Source of the DNA: Alphaproteobacteria bacterium
GTDB taxonomy: Bacteria; Pseudomonadota; Alphaproteobacteria; Bin95
Reading direction: 5' to 3'
Length of the DNA stretch: 64,000 nucleotides
NCBI GenBank assembly: GCA_965205265.1
Contig: CBDBGH010000003.1
Coordinates: 5,280,001-5,344,000, forward strand
Shown: one piece after another, positions 50,501-63,593 of the stretch
Layout of the letters: each line of letters begins with the position of its first letter
Position numbering within the stretch: the first letter of the stretch is position 1
The notes under the pieces: generated by a model
What the model was told of the DNA's origin: nothing
Seen by the model: the letters and a program-made list of their open reading frames with translations, nothing else
Databases searched by the model: none
Made by a program: the position numbers and the translations under genes

Positions 50501-52460
50501 CGGCGGCAACGGGGCGCTCAGCTACACCCTGACCTCGACGCCGAGGGGCCTGGCGGGTCTCGCGTTCGACCCGGAGACGCGGCGTCTCTCGGGCACGCCC
50601 CCGGAGAGCGGCAGTTGGACCTTCACCTGGCGGGCGGACGATGCCGACAGCAACCGGTCGGAGACGGATGCGGCGATCCTGACCTTCACGGTGACGGTGC
50701 GCGACGAGGCGCCGACTTTCGGCGATGCGTCGGTGGCGGCGCTGGCGCTGGCCGGGGACGAGGCGATGACGGCGGTGGTCCTGCCCGAGGCGACCGGCGG
50801 CAACGGAGCGCTCACCTACACCCTGACCTCCGAGCCGGCGGGGCTGGCGGGCCTCGCGTTCGACCCGGCGGCGCGGCGTCTCTCGGGCACGCCGTCGGCG
50901 GGGGGAAGCTGGACGTTCACGTACCGGGCGGACGACGCGGATTCGAACCGGACCGAGGCGGACGCGGCGATCCTGACCTTCGAGGTGAGGGTGGAGGACG
51001 CGCGCACCGCCCTGGTGAAGCAGACGGTGCGGCGCACGCTGGCGGCGGTGGCGCGCCGGGCGCTGACCGGGGCGCTGGACAATATCGGGGCGCGTCTGGC
51101 GGCGGCGCCGATGAGCGGGCTGACGCTGGCGGGCGAGACGGTGCCGTTGAGCGTGTCCGGCGCCGGGACGGGCCTCCCGCTGGCGGGCCACGCCTGCGCG
51201 GCCGCGGACTCCTGGCGGCACGGCCTCGACTGGCCCGGCCCGGAGATCGGCATCGGAACGCCGGGCTGCGGCGGTCCGGCAAGCCGAAGCGTGGGGACGG
51301 ACGAACTGCTGAACGCGAGCGCGTTTTCGCTGGCCCTGGGGGCGGCCGAGGGCGAGGCGGGCCATGACCCGCATGCGCCGCGCTGGGCGGTGTGGGGCCG
51401 GGGCGACTACGGGACCTTCGCGGGGCGCCCCGACGGGATGCGCTACGACGGCGAGATGCGCACGGGCTGGATGGGGATCGACGCGCGGGCCGGCGCCTGG
51501 GTGGCCGGGCTTGCGGTGAGCCACGGTACGGGCGAGGCGGACTACGGCATCGACGGCGGCGCGGAGGGCCGCCTGGAGACCGGACTGACGGCGGTGTACC
51601 CCTACGGGCGGTGGACGGTGTCGGAGGGGCTGGAACTGCGCGGCGTGCTCGGCGCCGGCTGGGGCGAGGCGCGCCACCGGGTGGAGGACGGGGCGGAGGA
51701 GACGAGCGATCTCGCGATGCGGATGGCGTCGCTGGGCCTGCGCCACGAGTTGCCCCCGGTGGCCGGGATCGATCTTGCGGCGCGGACGGATGCCAGCATG
51801 GCGCGGATGGAGACGGACGAGGGCCCGGACCATGTCCACGGGCTGACGGCGGACAGCTGGCGGCTGCGGGCCGGGGTGGAGGCGTCGCGGCGCTTCGCGC
51901 TGGACGACGCCACTTCGCTGACCCCGTTCGTGGAGGCGGCGGCGCGCCGGGACGGCGGCGACGGGCTGACCGGGACCGGTCTGGAGGTCGCCGGCGGTGT
52001 GCGCTGGGAGGCGCCGCGGGTGCAGGTCGAGGCGCGGGGCCGGTGGCTGGCGGCGCACACCGAGGACGGCGCCGAGGAGAAAGGCGTGAGCGTGACCGCC
52101 CGGGTCGGGCCGGGAGCGCAGGGGCGCGGGCTGTCGCTGATGCTGAGCCCGCGCTGGGGCGCCGACGCGGGCGGCGCCGAGGCGCTGTGGCGCGACGCGC
52201 TGCCGGCGGCATCGGCTACGGGCACTGCCGCGGCGCTCGATGCCCGCATCGGCTACGGCCTCGGCCTGATGTCGTACGGCCTGCTGACGCCGTTCGCGGA
52301 GACCGGGCTGGCGGGGAACAGCGGCCAACGGCTGCGGCTCGGGACGCGGTTCGATACCCATCGCGCCGACATGGCGGTGGAGCTTGCGGGCGAGCACCGC
52401 GAGGGCGGCGCTTCCGGGCCGGAGCAGACGATCCGGCTCGACCTGACGCTGCGGTACTGA
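47545..52460 (+). pseudogene. large autotransporter adhesin (FN3, Calx-beta-like, PKD-like, 4 Ig-like repeats, beta-barrel), 5' end disrupted
   Basis: ORF 47967..52460 with C-terminal barrel ending LDLTLRY. Upstream signal peptide is in frame but followed by TAG (47856) where FN3 VTLSWT expects TGG. ATG 47545 is out of frame by one base across a C10 tract (47645-47654). Confidence 0.8.
49827..51002 (+). repeat. four tandem 294-bp intragenic Ig-like (He_PIG-like) repeats
   Basis: APxFGDASV...LPEATGGNG...LAFDP..R.LSGTP units start at ~49827, 50121, 50415 and 50709. Confidence 0.9.
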
Positions 52461-52467
52461 GCGGGGG

Positions 52468-53466
52468 GTGCGGACGATGACGAGGAACGGAAGCGTGTGC
52501 GCAATTAACGGCGCACCCCTGCCGGCCGCGGCGTTCATGGTGGCCGCGCTGATGCTGGCCGCCTGCGGCGGCGGGGGCTCCGCGACCACCGGCGGCCCCG
52601 TGACGCCGCCGGTCACGCCGACACCGCCGGTGACACCACCGGTGACCCAGACGCCGTCGGTCCCGGAGGAGACGCCCCTGGACCGGCTGGGGGCGCTGCG
52701 CGAGCGCGCCGACGTGCTGACGATGACCGGGCTGCACGCGCGCTGGTCGCTCTCCGCCGAGGGGGAGGATGACATCGACGACGCGTTCGTCGAGCCTGTG
52801 ACCTGTTCGGGCGCGCGCTGCGAGGCGGCGGACGGCACGGCGCTGGCGGCGCGGGACCTGCTCGACCTCTCCGGCGGCATCGATCCGGGCACGGCGGAGA
52901 CCGGCGCGCGGGGCGGGTTCGACACGGTGAAGACCGCCGGCGGCTTCGCGGTCGCGGAGACGCTGCCCGACCTGACGGTGACCGTCTCGCCGCAGGCGAC
53001 AACCTGGGGGTTCTGGGGCGAACACGGCTTCGCGGCGCTGACCCTCGGCACGGGCCCGCTGTCGGCGGAGGTCGGGGAGACGGCGTTCGGCGGCACGTTC
53101 TCGCTGGCGCGGGCCTGGGCGGCGGGCACGGCCGCCGGCGGCAATCCGGCGGGAACCGGGAGTGCGACCTGGACCGGCATCGCCGAGGCGAGCCCGACGG
53201 GGGCGTTCGAGCGGGTCGCGGGCACGGCGACGCTGACGATCGAAGACCTGTCGCGGCCCCGGGTCGATGTCGGCATCGCCCTCGACGGCGTCGAGGCGCC
53301 GCTGACCTGGACAGACATGCCGCTCGCCGGGGGGCGCTTCGCTGCCGGGACGGCCGGGACCGACCGGCTCGAAGGCCGCTTCCACGGCCCGGCCCACCAG
53401 GAGGCGTACGGCGTGTTCGATACCCGGGACTACCTCGGCGCCTTCGGCGCCAGGCGCGCGCCGTGA
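52468..53466 (+). CDS. surface lipoprotein, TbpB-like C-terminal barrel
   Basis: LAACGGGGS lipobox, Pro/Thr linker, C-terminal G.F.GP...E..G.F...GAFGA. Confidence 0.8.
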   Translation: MRTMTRNGSVCAINGAPLPAAAFMVAALMLAACGGGGSATTGGPVTPPVTPTPPVTPPVTQTPSVPEETPLDRLGALRERADVLTMTGLHARWSLSAEGEDDIDDAFVEPVTCSGARCEAADGTALAARDLLDLSGGIDPGTAETGARGGFDTVKTAGGFAVAETLPDLTVTVSPQATTWGFWGEHGFAALTLGTGPLSAEVGETAFGGTFSLARAWAAGTAAGGNPAGTGSATWTGIAEASPTGAFERVAGTATLTIEDLSRPRVDVGIALDGVEAPLTWTDMPLAGGRFAAGTAGTDRLEGRFHGPAHQEAYGVFDTRDYLGAFGARRAP

Positions 53467-53732
53467 GCGGCGGGAAGGCGGGGACGCCGACGGTGGCGCC
53501 GCGGGGTCGCCACCAGGGTGGCTGCCTTGCCGAGAATCGCCGGCTCCCGCATTGTCAAGCATCGGCAGGCAGGTCGGCTCCTGGATGACATTCACCGGCT
53601 GAGCCGGTGATATTCGGCAGTCCCGGCTGCGCCGAGTCCTCTCTTCCATGATGTCGAACATCGCCACATCCGGCCGGCGCCGGGTTCAGGCCTTTCTGAC
53701 GGTCCAGAGCACCTTGCCGACGATGTGGGCTT

Positions 53733-55648
53733 CCTGACTTCGACGGTTGGGCTGACTTCTGACCGATCTCGCGTCTGGAGTTTTCAGTAAAGCCAATGAG
53801 TTGGCAGTTGCGGTGCGGTCAAGCTGCGTTGTAGTGCCTAGTAAATCTTTGAGACTGTCAATGCCTCCGCCACGCGCTACACTCCCCCCATGTTCGTGCG
53901 CATCAAGACCTCCCCCAACAGCCCGCGACGCTCGGTCCAGATCGTCGAGGCCGTGCGCGACGGCGGCAAGGTCCGACAGCGCATCGTCCGCCATGTCGGC
54001 GTGGCCATGGACGAGGACGAGCTCGAGCGCCTGAGGCAGCTCGGCGAGTACGTCAAGGCGAAGCTGGAGGACGAGCGTCAGCCGGCATTGTTTGCGCCCG
54101 AGAAGATCGCTGAGCAGGCGATCCGTGTCGGCCGCCGGGGGGACGGCAAGGAGGAACTCCCGGTCGACCTCAAGCAGCTTGAAGAGGAGCAGCGCCTGAT
54201 CACAGGCATCCACGAGGTCTATGGCGAGATCTACCGGCTGCTGGGCCTCGACGCGCTGCTGCCGCGCTCGCGCTACCGGGCCTCCCATGACGCGCTGTTC
54301 CATGTGGTGATGGCGCGGGTAGCCAACCCCGACAGCAAGCGGGGCAGCGTGCGCCGGCTCGAGGAGGACTTCGGCGTGAGTCTTCCGCTCGAGAAGGTCT
54401 ACCGGATGATGGATCAGCTCGACGCGACGGTGATCGAGCGACTGCGCACGCGCGTCGGCGAGGCGAGCCGGTCGCTGCTGCCGGAGCCGGTCGCGATCCT
54501 CTTCTTCGATTGCACCACGCTCTACTTCGAGACGGCCGCCGAGGACGAGCTTCGCCAGCACGGCTTCAGCAAGGACGGCAAACACAAGGACTCGCAGGTT
54601 CTGCTGGCGCTGATGGTGACGCGCGAAGGGCTGCCGATCAGCTACGAGGTCTTCCCCGGCGCCACCTACGAGGGACACAGCATGGTCCCGGTCCTGCAGG
54701 ACATGCAGCGCCGCCACCAGGTGGAGCGCACGGTATGCGTGGCCGACCGGGGCATGCTGAGCGCCGACAACCTCGACGCCATGGACGCCATCGGCGGCGA
54801 GTATGTCGTCGGCGCGCGGCTGCGCAAGCTGCCGCTCGCGCTGCTGGGGCAGGTTCTCGACCCCGGGACCTATGCCCCGCTGGAGGGCTCACAGGACCGC
54901 CGGGTCGGCGAGTGGGAGTACAAGGGCCGTCGCCTGATCGTCGTCTTCTGCCCCCAGCGCGCACGCAAGGACGCGCACGAGCGCCGCCATCAGGTGGAAC
55001 GCCTGCTCGACAGGCTGGCCCGCAGCGACAATCCCAGGGAACTGCTCTCCAATCACGGGGCGAAGCGCTTCATCGCCGTCGAGGGCGACGCACGGCTCAC
55101 GGTGAACCCGGAGAAGATCGCCGAGGCCGCACGATGGGACGGGCTCACCGGCGTCATCACCAATCTGCGCGACGCGCGCGTCACCGAAGTGATGGCTCAC
55201 TACCAGGGGCTCTGGCAGGTCGAGGAGAGCTTCCGGATCACCAAACACGACCTGAAGATACGTCCCATCTGGCACTGGAACCCGGACCGGATCCGCGCTC
55301 ACATCGCCATCGCCTTCCTGGCCTTCGCCTGCGTTCGACACCTTGCGTACCGCGTCGCCATCCAGAAGCGGCGGATGTCCCCGGAGGTCATCCGCTCCGC
55401 CCTCGTCCACCGCCAGTGCTCCCTGCTGCGCTGTCGGCAATCGGGCAACCGCTACGTCATCCCCTCGAAGCCGACACCGGCGGCGGAGCAGATTTACGCA
55501 ACCATGGGGCTGCCCCTGACGATCACCCCGTATCAACTCGCCTGACCGTCGACGAAGCACGGCTCGAAGAAATGCCGGATGTAGTGCCTAGCCGAAATGA
55601 GAACCAGGCAATATCAACTACTTATGCGAATCAACCGTCGAAGTCAGG
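53733..55648 (+). mobile_element. IS1634-family element copy 3, 200-bp direct repeat
   Basis: Direct repeat 53533-53732 = 55649-55848. Confidence 0.92.
53890..55545 (+). CDS. IS1634-family DDE transposase
   Basis: Identical 551-aa protein. Confidence 0.93.
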   Translation: MFVRIKTSPNSPRRSVQIVEAVRDGGKVRQRIVRHVGVAMDEDELERLRQLGEYVKAKLEDERQPALFAPEKIAEQAIRVGRRGDGKEELPVDLKQLEEEQRLITGIHEVYGEIYRLLGLDALLPRSRYRASHDALFHVVMARVANPDSKRGSVRRLEEDFGVSLPLEKVYRMMDQLDATVIERLRTRVGEASRSLLPEPVAILFFDCTTLYFETAAEDELRQHGFSKDGKHKDSQVLLALMVTREGLPISYEVFPGATYEGHSMVPVLQDMQRRHQVERTVCVADRGMLSADNLDAMDAIGGEYVVGARLRKLPLALLGQVLDPGTYAPLEGSQDRRVGEWEYKGRRLIVVFCPQRARKDAHERRHQVERLLDRLARSDNPRELLSNHGAKRFIAVEGDARLTVNPEKIAEAARWDGLTGVITNLRDARVTEVMAHYQGLWQVEESFRITKHDLKIRPIWHWNPDRIRAHIAIAFLAFACVRHLAYRVAIQKRRMSPEVIRSALVHRQCSLLRCRQSGNRYVIPSKPTPAAEQIYATMGLPLTITPYQLA

Positions 55649-55801
55649 AGAATCGCCGGCTCCCGCATTGTCAAGCATCGGCAGGCAGGTCGGCTCCTGG
55701 ATGACATTCACCGGCTGAGCCGGTGATATTCGGCAGTCCCGGCTGCGCCGAGTCCTCTCTTCCATGATGTCGAACATCGCCACATCCGGCCGGCGCCGGG
55801 T

Positions 55802-56491
55802 TCAGGCCTTTCTGACGGTCCAGAGCACCTTGCCGACGATGTGGGCTTCTTCCGCGAGGCAGGTGTAGGGGGCGTAGTCGGGGTTGGCGGAGATGAGGCG
55901 CAGGCGCGGCGGTCCGGCATCGCGCGCCTTCCCGACGCGCTTGACGACGAGGCCGTCGCCGTCCCAGAGCACGAACAGTTCGCCTTCGGCGGGGACGCGC
56001 CGGGCGGTGTCGACGACGATGCGGTCGCCCTCGCCCATCTCGGGCTCCATGGAGTTGCCGCGCACCCTGAGGATGCGGAGCGCCGCCGGGTCGGCGCCGC
56101 CCTCGTGGCGGACCATGGCCTCGGGGAGTTGCCAGCGGGCGCGCTCGCGGACGAACTCCCCGGCGAGCGCACCCGGCCCGGCGGAGGCCTCGACATCGAC
56201 CTCGGGGACGCCGGTCGAGGCCGGGACCGGGGGGTCCGGCGCGGGCTGCGGCTTCCTGCTCCAGCGCTTGCGGGGCGGCACCTTCGCGTGGCGCAGCTCC
56301 CCGGGTTCGCATCCGAGAAGCTCCGCGAGCGCCTCGGCGTCGCGGGCGGCGAGCGCGCGGGGCTTTCCGAGTTCGACGAAGCGGTAGACATAGGCGTGGT
56401 TGCGGCCGATGGCGACCGAAGCCTCGCGCATCGACAGGCCGCGCCTCCAGAGCAGGTCCCTGATCTTTTCTCGTACCGTGTCGTGTTGCAT
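55802..56491 (-). CDS. CI-like repressor with S24 peptidase domain
   Basis: N-terminal HTH, ASAGPG cleavage site, GNSMEP, VVKR. Confidence 0.88.
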   Translation of the reverse strand: MQHDTVREKIRDLLWRRGLSMREASVAIGRNHAYVYRFVELGKPRALAARDAEALAELLGCEPGELRHAKVPPRKRWSRKPQPAPDPPVPASTGVPEVDVEASAGPGALAGEFVRERARWQLPEAMVRHEGGADPAALRILRVRGNSMEPEMGEGDRIVVDTARRVPAEGELFVLWDGDGLVVKRVGKARDAGPPRLRLISANPDYAPYTCLAEEAHIVGKVLWTVRKA

Positions 56492-56584
56492 CGCGTGACC
56501 TCGCGCGTTTGTCGGCGTGGGGCGTATCTTACAGGCTATAAACAGCGATTGTCAACAACAATGGGCGCGATTATCGTCCGCGCC

Positions 56585-57295
56585 ATGGATACCCGGACAC
56601 ATGTCCCGGCGCACGCCGGCAGCGCCCGGCAGGCGCTCCTTGAGGTCATCGAGGCGTACATCGCGCGCACCGGCATGACACGGACGGGCTTCGGGCGGGC
56701 GGCGCTCGGCGACGCCTGCTTCCTCGGCCGCATGGCGCGCGGCTCGGACGTGCTGCTGCGCACCGCCGACAGGGCGCTGGCCTTCATGGGCGAGCCGCCG
56801 TTCGGGCCGCGCTTCCTGGGCGAGGTCGAGGCCTTCATGGCGGTGACCCGGACCAAGGCGCACCTGTTCGGCGATCTGGCGCTGGGCGATCCGAGCTTCG
56901 TGCTGCGTTTGCGGCGCGGGCGCTCGGCAACGCTCGCCACCTGCGACAGGGTTCGCGCCTGGATGGCCGGGAACACGAGCGCGGCCGAGCGCGAGGCGGT
57001 CCGGGCGGCGGTCGAGGACGGTGCGCCGGCGGTTCCGGCCGACGCGGCCGAAGAGGAGGACACGGCATTGAAGGACGGTTACATGAGCACGCGGGAGGCC
57101 GCGGCCTTCCTGGGATTGAGCCACCGCACGCTGGAGCGCTACCGGTGCGACGGCAAGGGGCCGCCGTTCCACCGCTTCGGCACGGCGGTGCGCTACCGGC
57201 GCGCGCGGGTCGCGGCCTGGGCGGCGGAGCGCGAGCTGCGCTCGACCTCCGACGACGGCGGTCCGGACGGCAGCGCCGGGCGGAGGGCGTCGTGA
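56585..57295 (+). CDS. Cro-like tandem HTH fused to an AlpA/excisionase-like HTH
   Basis: Two IEAY/VEAF...FG..ALGD..F...R.G repeats; C-terminal STREAAAFLGLS.RTLE.YR..G.GPPF...G..VRY; divergent from the CI-like gene. Confidence 0.8.
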   Translation: MDTRTHVPAHAGSARQALLEVIEAYIARTGMTRTGFGRAALGDACFLGRMARGSDVLLRTADRALAFMGEPPFGPRFLGEVEAFMAVTRTKAHLFGDLALGDPSFVLRLRRGRSATLATCDRVRAWMAGNTSAAEREAVRAAVEDGAPAVPADAAEEEDTALKDGYMSTREAAAFLGLSHRTLERYRCDGKGPPFHRFGTAVRYRRARVAAWAAERELRSTSDDGGPDGSAGRRAS

Positions 57296-57452
57296 TGGGG
57301 GCCCGCATTCCGCACCGTGCCCTGCCGGACGACGCCGGCGCACCGGCCATGGCCGCGGTTCTTGCGGTGCTGGCGGCAGGGGCGGTGGCTCTGGGCGCCG
57401 ATCCGGCGCTGGCGGCCTCGGACAGCACCTTCGCGAGTCCGCTGGCCACGGT
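57295..57452 (+). pseudogene. possible TrbC/VirB2-like pilin 5' fragment cut by IS21
   Basis: Signal-like AVLAVLAAGAVALGADPALA-ASDSTF, ending at the IS terminus. Confidence 0.4.
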
Positions 57453-57713
57453 TATAGCGCGACAATCTGGGTGAGAGCCGCGCGTCAATCAGGATGAGAT
57501 TCCCCGGCGGCATCGGCGAGTTGATGATTGTCGCGCGGGGCGCGGATTGCAAGCGGTTTCGGATTTTGATTGTCGCGGCGCGACAAACAAGGTTTTCGGA
57601 GAGCGTTTTGATTGTCGCGGGGGGGCCGTCGGGTCGGAGAAGAGACGGCCCGCGGAGGCGATTCCCGCGGGCCGTGAGTGTTGTGGCCGCTGGGCCGATC
57701 TGGCGGCAGCGGT

Positions 57714-60061
<2,348 letters not shown>

Positions 60062-60443
60062 CTACTCGGAAAAACGTCACCGTTCGCCCAGCCGACCGAC
60101 CCCGCCAGAAGGTCCAGGAAAAATTTTTTGAGGCGGCGGCCCGGAACTCCGGTCGGGCTACGCCCTCCCTCCGTTCCGGGCCGCCGCCTTCCCCCGTCTC
60201 ATCCTGATTGTCGCCAGCGTCTCAAGCTGATTGTCGCGCCGCATCGCTTTCCGGTTGGCGTTGCGGGAGGTTGCCGGGGAACCCTTGTTTTGCAACGGTT
60301 TCCGGTCTTCCCGCCTGCCGCTTCCTTGTCCTCCTGCCCGCGAGCCCGGGGCCCTGTCCAGGACACGTTGTGGCATGTCCTGCGGGTCGGGTCCACCCGT
60401 CCCGGACGCTCGGCCCCTTCCGGCGCGCCGCGGCCGGGTTCGT

Positions 60444-61718
60444 TCAGAACTGGCGCACGAAGCTGAGTTCGGCGCGGTTGCGCCGGTAGTCGAGGGCCTG
60501 GGCGTTGGTCTTGCGCTGCTCGCGGATGAGGGAGAGGCGGGGGCTGAAGCCGAGCACGGTCACGGCGCGGTTGTGGACCGAGACCGAGAGGGTCCGCGTG
60601 TCGTCCCGGCGCGGCTTGCGGTCGATGGTGCGGTGGGCGGCGCCGCCACCCTGGTATTCGGTGCGCTGCAGGGCGGCGCGCAGGCCCAGGGTGAAGCCGG
60701 CCGGCAGCGCCAGCGTGGCGCCGAGGCTCGCCCGCGGACCGCTGTTGCGCCAGTGTTCGGCCTTGGCGCGGGCCCAGCTCCAGCCGGCATTGCCGCCGAG
60801 GCGCAGGATGGTCAGCGCGGCCCAGCTGGCGCCGAGCGAGACGTCGCCCACCGGGCCGTCGAGCCAGTCGCAGCCGCGGCAGTTGCGCCGGGCGGCGCCG
60901 GCGCGGGCGAAGAGCGCGAGGCGCGGCGTCAGGAGATGCTGGCCTTCGAGGCGCAGGCCGACGCTGTCGGTCTCGGGCCGGCCGGCGGTCCATTGCCGGT
61001 CCGCGGTCGCGAGCAGGCTCGCTTCGGTGCGGGCGTCGATCAGCCAGCGCGGGCCGATATGCGCGGCAAGGAAATGCCGGTCGAACTCCCCGCCCCTGTA
61101 TTCCCGGACGCTGGCATCCGCCCCGGCGCGCAGGCGCAGGCGGTCGTTCAGCGGATGCTGGTATTCGCCGCCGCCCCAGAAGGAGACGCCGAGGCCGGAT
61201 TCGGGCTTCGCGGGATCGTCCAGGGTGAAGGGCAGCCGTCCGTAGGGGGTGTCGAGGAAGACCGTGCGCTCGCCCGAGGCGGCGTTGAGGTTGCTGTCCG
61301 GGACGATGGCCGCCCCGAACCACGCCTCCCAGCGCCGCCGCGCGCGGATGATGTCGAGGAAGCGCCGGATGTTGGCGGCGACCGCCGGGGGCACGTCGCC
61401 CGCCAGCACCTGCTCGAAATGCCGCCGCGCCAGCGTGTCCTCCTCCTTCAGGAAGAAGGCGCGGGCGAGTTCGAGACGCACCCGCACCAGCTCCGGGCGG
61501 TCCACCAGGATGGCCCGGAAGGCGGCGACCGCCTCGTCGAGCCTGCCCTCGCGGGCTTCCCGGTCCGGCGCGGCATCGGCGGCGGCAAGCGCCTCCATCC
61601 CGGCCCGGAAGCGCATGTCGGCCGCATCCTGGCCCAGGGCGGGGCGCGCGACGGGCGCCGCAACAAGCAGGACCGACAGCCCCGCCAGCACGGGAACAAG
61701 GAACCGGAAAGGTCTCAT
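60444..61718 (-). CDS. Slam-like (DUF560) outer-membrane protein, TPR plus beta-barrel
   Basis: Signal peptide, RVRLELARAFF TPR, PDSNLN, alternating beta-strands, terminal F. Confidence 0.82.
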   Translation of the reverse strand: MRPFRFLVPVLAGLSVLLVAAPVARPALGQDAADMRFRAGMEALAAADAAPDREAREGRLDEAVAAFRAILVDRPELVRVRLELARAFFLKEEDTLARRHFEQVLAGDVPPAVAANIRRFLDIIRARRRWEAWFGAAIVPDSNLNAASGERTVFLDTPYGRLPFTLDDPAKPESGLGVSFWGGGEYQHPLNDRLRLRAGADASVREYRGGEFDRHFLAAHIGPRWLIDARTEASLLATADRQWTAGRPETDSVGLRLEGQHLLTPRLALFARAGAARRNCRGCDWLDGPVGDVSLGASWAALTILRLGGNAGWSWARAKAEHWRNSGPRASLGATLALPAGFTLGLRAALQRTEYQGGGAAHRTIDRKPRRDDTRTLSVSVHNRAVTVLGFSPRLSLIREQRKTNAQALDYRRNRAELSFVRQF

Positions 61719-61921
61719 TCCGTGCCGCAGCGAACGCCGCTCCCTATGCCGACGGCATCGTCCTGTGCTCGCCGAGCGGATTGACGTACCGGTCATAGGC
61801 CAGCTGCAGTCGATGCACCGCAACCGATGTTAGCGACGGTTAGGAAGGGCGTTTATTTGCTGGCGCGGAACGGCCGGTTTGTGCGGCTTGCGAGCAGCGT
61901 CGCATGGGTTAGGTGTTGCGT

Positions 61922-62815
61922 TCATCTGATTGGGCGGTCATCGGTTTCGAGCGGCTCGCCGTCGCGGTCACGGATGAGCATGTCGTTCCAGTCCTGGTTT
62001 TCGAGGGCCGGTCGCATTCGGACGATTCTTGTGTCGTTGTCTTGCATGCGGCGGGCGGCGTGATCGCCGTATCGTGTAGCGTCCCAGGCACAGAAGATAC
62101 GGCGCGGGTTCCAGGCCTCGACCCATTTGGGGATTCTGGCCGTGATGGCGCCGGTGGAGACGACGGCGCATTTGCTGCGTTTTTCCGGGACGAGGTGGAG
62201 GGAGAGGATCGACAGGGCGTCGAGGGCGCTGCCGGTGAGGATGACGGTGCCGGGCCAGTCGGGCTCCCATGACATCCAGAAGCCGCCGTCTGCGGCCGGC
62301 TCCTGCGCTGCGGGGAGGGTCTCTATGCCGACCACCTTGCTGGCGGCGTTTCGGCGGAGGAACACGGGATTGCCGCGCCGGTCGGCACGGATCAGGCCGA
62401 GGCCTCGGCATAGCTCGACGAGCGCGTCGGCGAGGCCGCGCTGCTCGATGAGGTATTGCCGCAGCGCCGGCCAGCGAGGGTCCTGGCACGAGGGCTCCGC
62501 CTCACAGCGACTGTTCGGGAGCCGTGAGTGGCGCGGCAGTTGGGCGAGGAAGTCGAGGGCTTCGGTCGTTGGGCATCCGAGCGCATGAACCGCCAGCTGG
62601 ATGGCCCCGGCGCCTCCCTCTCCGCGCAGATGGTCGTAGAACATGAAGCGGTTGATGGAGAGGACCGAACCGGCTCGTCTCCAGCGCGCGGCATCGGCGG
62701 GATCGCGGCGATAGCCGAGGGCGTGGACCACGTCTTCGAGGGGGCAGCTTCGCAGCCCCTCGGCCCGCAGGCGGCGATCCCATGGATGCAGATGCTGCAC
62801 GGCTGGCTCAGGCAT
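61922..62815 (-). CDS. DUF3991/Toprim primase-like passenger protein (intact, 297 aa)
   Basis: Continuous frame MPEPAV...DWND...; overlaps the istB stop. Confidence 0.7.
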   Translation of the reverse strand: MPEPAVQHLHPWDRRLRAEGLRSCPLEDVVHALGYRRDPADAARWRRAGSVLSINRFMFYDHLRGEGGAGAIQLAVHALGCPTTEALDFLAQLPRHSRLPNSRCEAEPSCQDPRWPALRQYLIEQRGLADALVELCRGLGLIRADRRGNPVFLRRNAASKVVGIETLPAAQEPAADGGFWMSWEPDWPGTVILTGSALDALSILSLHLVPEKRSKCAVVSTGAITARIPKWVEAWNPRRIFCAWDATRYGDHAARRMQDNDTRIVRMRPALENQDWNDMLIRDRDGEPLETDDRPIR

Positions 62816-63593
62816 CCCCCGTGTCTTGCGCCGTGCTCTTGCCCGCTCCTTTTGCCGATCGCCGCCGGCGGCGATCGGCGCTGCGCTGCTTCTGGCGTTC
62901 CTCGGCCTCCTTGCGGCGGTATGAGTCGCCGTCGATGGCGAGGATCTCGGCATTGTGGACGAGCCGGTCGACAAGGGCCACGAGGCAGGCGGCGTTGGGG
63001 AAGGCCTCGCTCCACTCGGCGAAGGGGCGGTTTGTGGTGATGATGGTGGAGCGCTGCTGGCTGCGGCTTGAGACGATATTGAACAGCAGGTCGGCATGAC
63101 GGTTGGAGTAGGAGAGATATCCGACTTCGTCGATGACCAGGAGGTGCTGGCGGGCGTAGAAGCGCAGCCTGCGCTGGAGCATTGTGTCGGAGTCGATGGC
63201 GGCGAGCTCGCCGAGCAGGCTGGCGGCGGTTGCGAAGCGCACGGTGTGGCCTTCGAGGACGGCGCGGTGTGCGATATTGGCGGCGATTGTGGACTTGCCG
63301 ACGCCGTTGGGGCCGATGAGGACGACATTGGCGCCCTCGCGGAGGAAGTTGAGGGTCATGAGGTCCTCGACGGCCATGCGGTCGCATCGCCTTGGCCAGT
63401 CCCAGTCGAAGTCGGCGAGCGGCTTGAACTGTCCGAGGCGGGCGGCGGTGAGGCGTCGCCTGAGGCTTCGGCTTCGCCTCTCTTCCTCTTCCCATGCGAT
63501 CAGGGGCGGGAGCCAGTCGCGCTCCGCAACCTCGCTCCAGTGGGCGAGGAGGCCGTGCAGTCCGAGCGCCGTGGCGCGGTCCTTGAGGGTCAT
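62808..63593 (-). CDS. istB: IS21-family ATPase IstB
   Basis: Identical to 7678..8463. Confidence 0.95.
   Translation of the reverse strand: MTLKDRATALGLHGLLAHWSEVAERDWLPPLIAWEEEERRSRSLRRRLTAARLGQFKPLADFDWDWPRRCDRMAVEDLMTLNFLREGANVVLIGPNGVGKSTIAANIAHRAVLEGHTVRFATAASLLGELAAIDSDTMLQRRLRFYARQHLLVIDEVGYLSYSNRHADLLFNIVSSRSQQRSTIITTNRPFAEWSEAFPNAACLVALVDRLVHNAEILAIDGDSYRRKEAEERQKQRSADRRRRRSAKGAGKSTAQDTGDA

Noticed and set aside
48078-53318. 1746-aa minus-strand ORF (and similar long antisense ORFs over transposases, integrases and the ATPase)
   Set aside because: Shadow frames of real high-GC genes on the opposite strand; Arg/Pro-rich, with no motifs.
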